From NCBI GenBank assembly GCA_025937135.1, contig JAICRZ010000001.1, positions 1-61,532 on the forward strand: DNA of 61,532 bases, given 5' to 3'. This document shows, piece by piece, positions 60,039 to 61,532 of this stretch. This DNA is from Thermoleophilaceae bacterium. Lineage in GTDB: Bacteria; Actinomycetota; Thermoleophilia; Solirubrobacterales; Thermoleophilaceae. The notes below the pieces were generated by a model. The model saw only the letters and a program-made list of their open reading frames with translations. It ran no database searches and was not told the DNA's origin. Every line of letters begins with the position of its first letter. The first letter of the stretch is position 1. Position numbers and translations under genes: made by a program.

Positions 60039-61486
60039 TCCTCGACGCCCAGCTCGAGGCTGGGCGCGCCGGGAAGACCGCCGTGCTGACGCCGGAGGAG
60101 GAGCTCACCTACGCGGAGCTCGCCGCCCTCACCGCACGGACCGGCCACCTCCTACGGGAGCTCGGCGTGGGCCGCGAGCAGCGCATCCTCATGGTGCTCG
60201 ACGACCGGCCCGCGTTCGTGGCCACGTTCCTCGGCGCGATCCGGATCGGCGCCGTCCCGGTGACCGTCAATCCGCTCGACCGCGTCGACAACTTCGCGCA
60301 CTACCTCAGCGACAGCGAGGCGGTGCTCGTGCTCGCCGAACCGGCGCTGCGCGAGACGTTCGAGGGCCTGGGCGCGTCACGCGTCGTGGACGCCGACGAG
60401 GTCGTCCGCCTGGGCACGGACCTGGCGGCGGAGCTCCCGCCGGTCGACACGCATCGCGACGATCCGGCGTTCTGGCTCTACAGCTCCGGCTCGACCGGCC
60501 TGCCGAAGGGTGTCGTACACCTCCAGCACGACATGCAGGTCACCTACGAGACCTACGCGCGCTCGATCCTCGAGATCAGCGAGCAGGACGTCTGCTACTC
60601 CACGACCAAGCTGTTCCACGCGTACGGCCTCGGGAACGCGCTCACGTTCCCGCTCAGCGCCGGCGCCACGAGCGTCCTGGTGCCGTCGCGCAGCACGCCG
60701 CCGGGCGCCCTCGCCAACGTGGAGCGCTTCCGCCCCACGCTCTTCTTCAGCGTGCCCGCGCTCTACCGCGCGATGCTCGCCGAGCCGGCGGCGGACCTCT
60801 CGTCCGTGCGGCTGTGCGTGTCCGCGGCGGAGGCGCTCCCCAGCTCCACCTCCGAGCGCTGGACCGAGCGCTACGGCGTGGAGATCGCCGACGGCATCGG
60901 GTCGACCGAGATGCTCCACATCTACTGCTCGAACCGGCCCGGCCAGATCCGCGCGGGCACGAGCGGCACGCCGGTCCCCGGCTACGAGCTGCAGATCGAC
61001 GAGACCACCGGCGAGCTGCTCGTGAAGGGCGACAGCTGCGCGATCGGCTACTGGCGCCAGCACGAGAAGACGAAGCGCTGCATGCGCGGCGACTGGTTCG
61101 CCACCGGCGATCGCTACCACGTCACCGAGGACGACCACTACGTCTACGAGGGACGGATCGACGACATGTTCAAGGTCGGTGGCCTCTGGGTGAGCCCGGC
61201 CGACATGGAGGACTGCCTGATGCGCCACCCCGGGGTCTCGGAGGCGGCGGTGGTGGGAGTGCACATCGACGACGTGAGCCGCGTGGCCGCCTACATCATC
61301 CCGTCAGCCGACACGCCGCCCTCGGACCAGCTCGCCGACGCGCTGCGGCTGTGGTGCAAGGAGCATCTGCGCCGCTACGAGTACCCGCACATCGTCGAGT
61401 TCGTGAAGGACTTCCCGCGCACGCTCACGGGCAAGGTCCAGCGCTTCAAGCTGCGCGAGCAGGCGCAGAGCCGGCCAGTCGCCTGA
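60008..61486 (+). CDS. benzoate-CoA-ligase-type aromatic acid:CoA ligase (AMP-binding)
   Basis: WLYSSGSTGLPKGVVH, TGDRY, YEGRIDDMFKVGGLWVSP, PRTLTGKVQRFKLR. Overlaps the fprA end by 31 nt. Confidence 0.85.
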   Translation: MAPDRYNASLILDAQLEAGRAGKTAVLTPEEELTYAELAALTARTGHLLRELGVGREQRILMVLDDRPAFVATFLGAIRIGAVPVTVNPLDRVDNFAHYLSDSEAVLVLAEPALRETFEGLGASRVVDADEVVRLGTDLAAELPPVDTHRDDPAFWLYSSGSTGLPKGVVHLQHDMQVTYETYARSILEISEQDVCYSTTKLFHAYGLGNALTFPLSAGATSVLVPSRSTPPGALANVERFRPTLFFSVPALYRAMLAEPAADLSSVRLCVSAAEALPSSTSERWTERYGVEIADGIGSTEMLHIYCSNRPGQIRAGTSGTPVPGYELQIDETTGELLVKGDSCAIGYWRQHEKTKRCMRGDWFATGDRYHVTEDDHYVYEGRIDDMFKVGGLWVSPADMEDCLMRHPGVSEAAVVGVHIDDVSRVAAYIIPSADTPPSDQLADALRLWCKEHLRRYEYPHIVEFVKDFPRTLTGKVQRFKLREQAQSRPVA

Positions 61487-61532
61487 CCGCGTCGACCACC
61501 GCATCCGGGTGATCGACGTGCGGCCAGTGGCC
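61446..61532 (-). CDS. possible 3' end of an alpha/beta hydrolase gene entering from beyond the window end
   Basis: Only 28 codons are visible. Reverse translation is GHWPHVDHPDAVVDAVRRLAGSAPARAA followed by a stop. GHWPH..P is the typical catalytic-His region. It overlaps the convergent ligase gene by 41 nt. Confidence 0.3.
   Translation of the reverse strand, partial: GHWPHVDHPDAVVDAVRRLAGSAPARAA

Noticed and set aside
61304-61504. Track ORF 61304-61504 (-) as the gene at the right edge
   Set aside because: Its translation is Arg/Leu-rich shadow sequence antisense to the ligase gene. A different minus-strand frame (61446-61532) gives a plausible alpha/beta-hydrolase C-terminus instead, though with low confidence.
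1-61532. Mobile elements, prophage remnants, tRNA/rRNA genes and CRISPR arrays
   Set aside because: I saw no integrase, transposase or recombinase-like ORFs and no long terminal inverted or direct repeats. I also saw no T-loop-like GGTTCGAATCC motifs and no regularly spaced 25-40-nt repeats. GC content and codon style look uniform, so nothing suggests a recently acquired island. This is a visual scan only; tRNAscan-SE, ISfinder and CRISPR tools should confirm it.

Overview
This is a very GC-rich, gene-dense chromosomal segment with about 65 protein-coding genes. Intergenic space is minimal and many neighbouring genes share 1- or 4-nt stop/start overlaps (ATGA, GTGA, TTGA, TGATG). I saw no rRNA, tRNA, CRISPR array, transposase or integrase by eye. 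Gene content and codon style look like a high-GC Actinomycetota genome, possibly Thermoleophilia/Rubrobacteria-like, but that is only a guess. Blocks from left to right: (1) 1-10 kb holds a partial FadD-like ligase, a Tat-exported PhoD-like phosphatase, a DrrAB-like ABC-2 exporter, a beta-oxidation operon ending in a sirtuin, a PadR regulator and an acyl-CoA dehydrogenase. (2) 10-13 kb holds small unknown proteins, a Ca2+/H+ antiporter and TerC. (3) 13-25.7 kb is a cell-envelope glycan locus. It encodes an acetyltransferase, a CapK/F390-synthetase-like enzyme, a DUF218-L,D-transpeptidase fusion, a methyltransferase, three paralogous exported TIM-barrel hydrolase-like proteins, an FAD oxidoreductase, a processive GT2 synthase and a GT-C glycosyltransferase. 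(4) 25.7-30.5 kb holds small unknowns around an ArsA/Get3-like ATPase and an EVE(UPF0310)-DUF2203 operon. (5) 30.5-37.4 kb holds a TMEM175-like channel, a MATE exporter, citrate synthase, a DUF1800-DUF1501-cupredoxin operon and a secreted esterase. (6) 37.4-61.5 kb is an aromatic/amine catabolic island. It encodes a PaaX-like regulator, an orphan flavoenzyme/creatininase-fold/amidohydrolase cluster, a BMP-type ABC importer coupled to a copper amine oxidase, paaA-paaD(N)-paaB-paaC-paaD(C), and a long operon (paaG/paaY, two aldehyde dehydrogenases, an enoyl-CoA hydratase, an FprA-type reductase, a benzoate-CoA-ligase-type enzyme). The best candidates for something undescribed are: a duplicated sigma-70-region-4-like plus anti-sigma-like module fused to both glycosyltransferases of the glycan locus; the split and rearranged PaaD with no PaaE; the DUF1800-DUF1501-cupredoxin operon; the EVE-DUF2203 four-gene operon; and the PaaX-linked orphan catabolic cluster. 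All family assignments come from motif recognition by eye; no database search was run.
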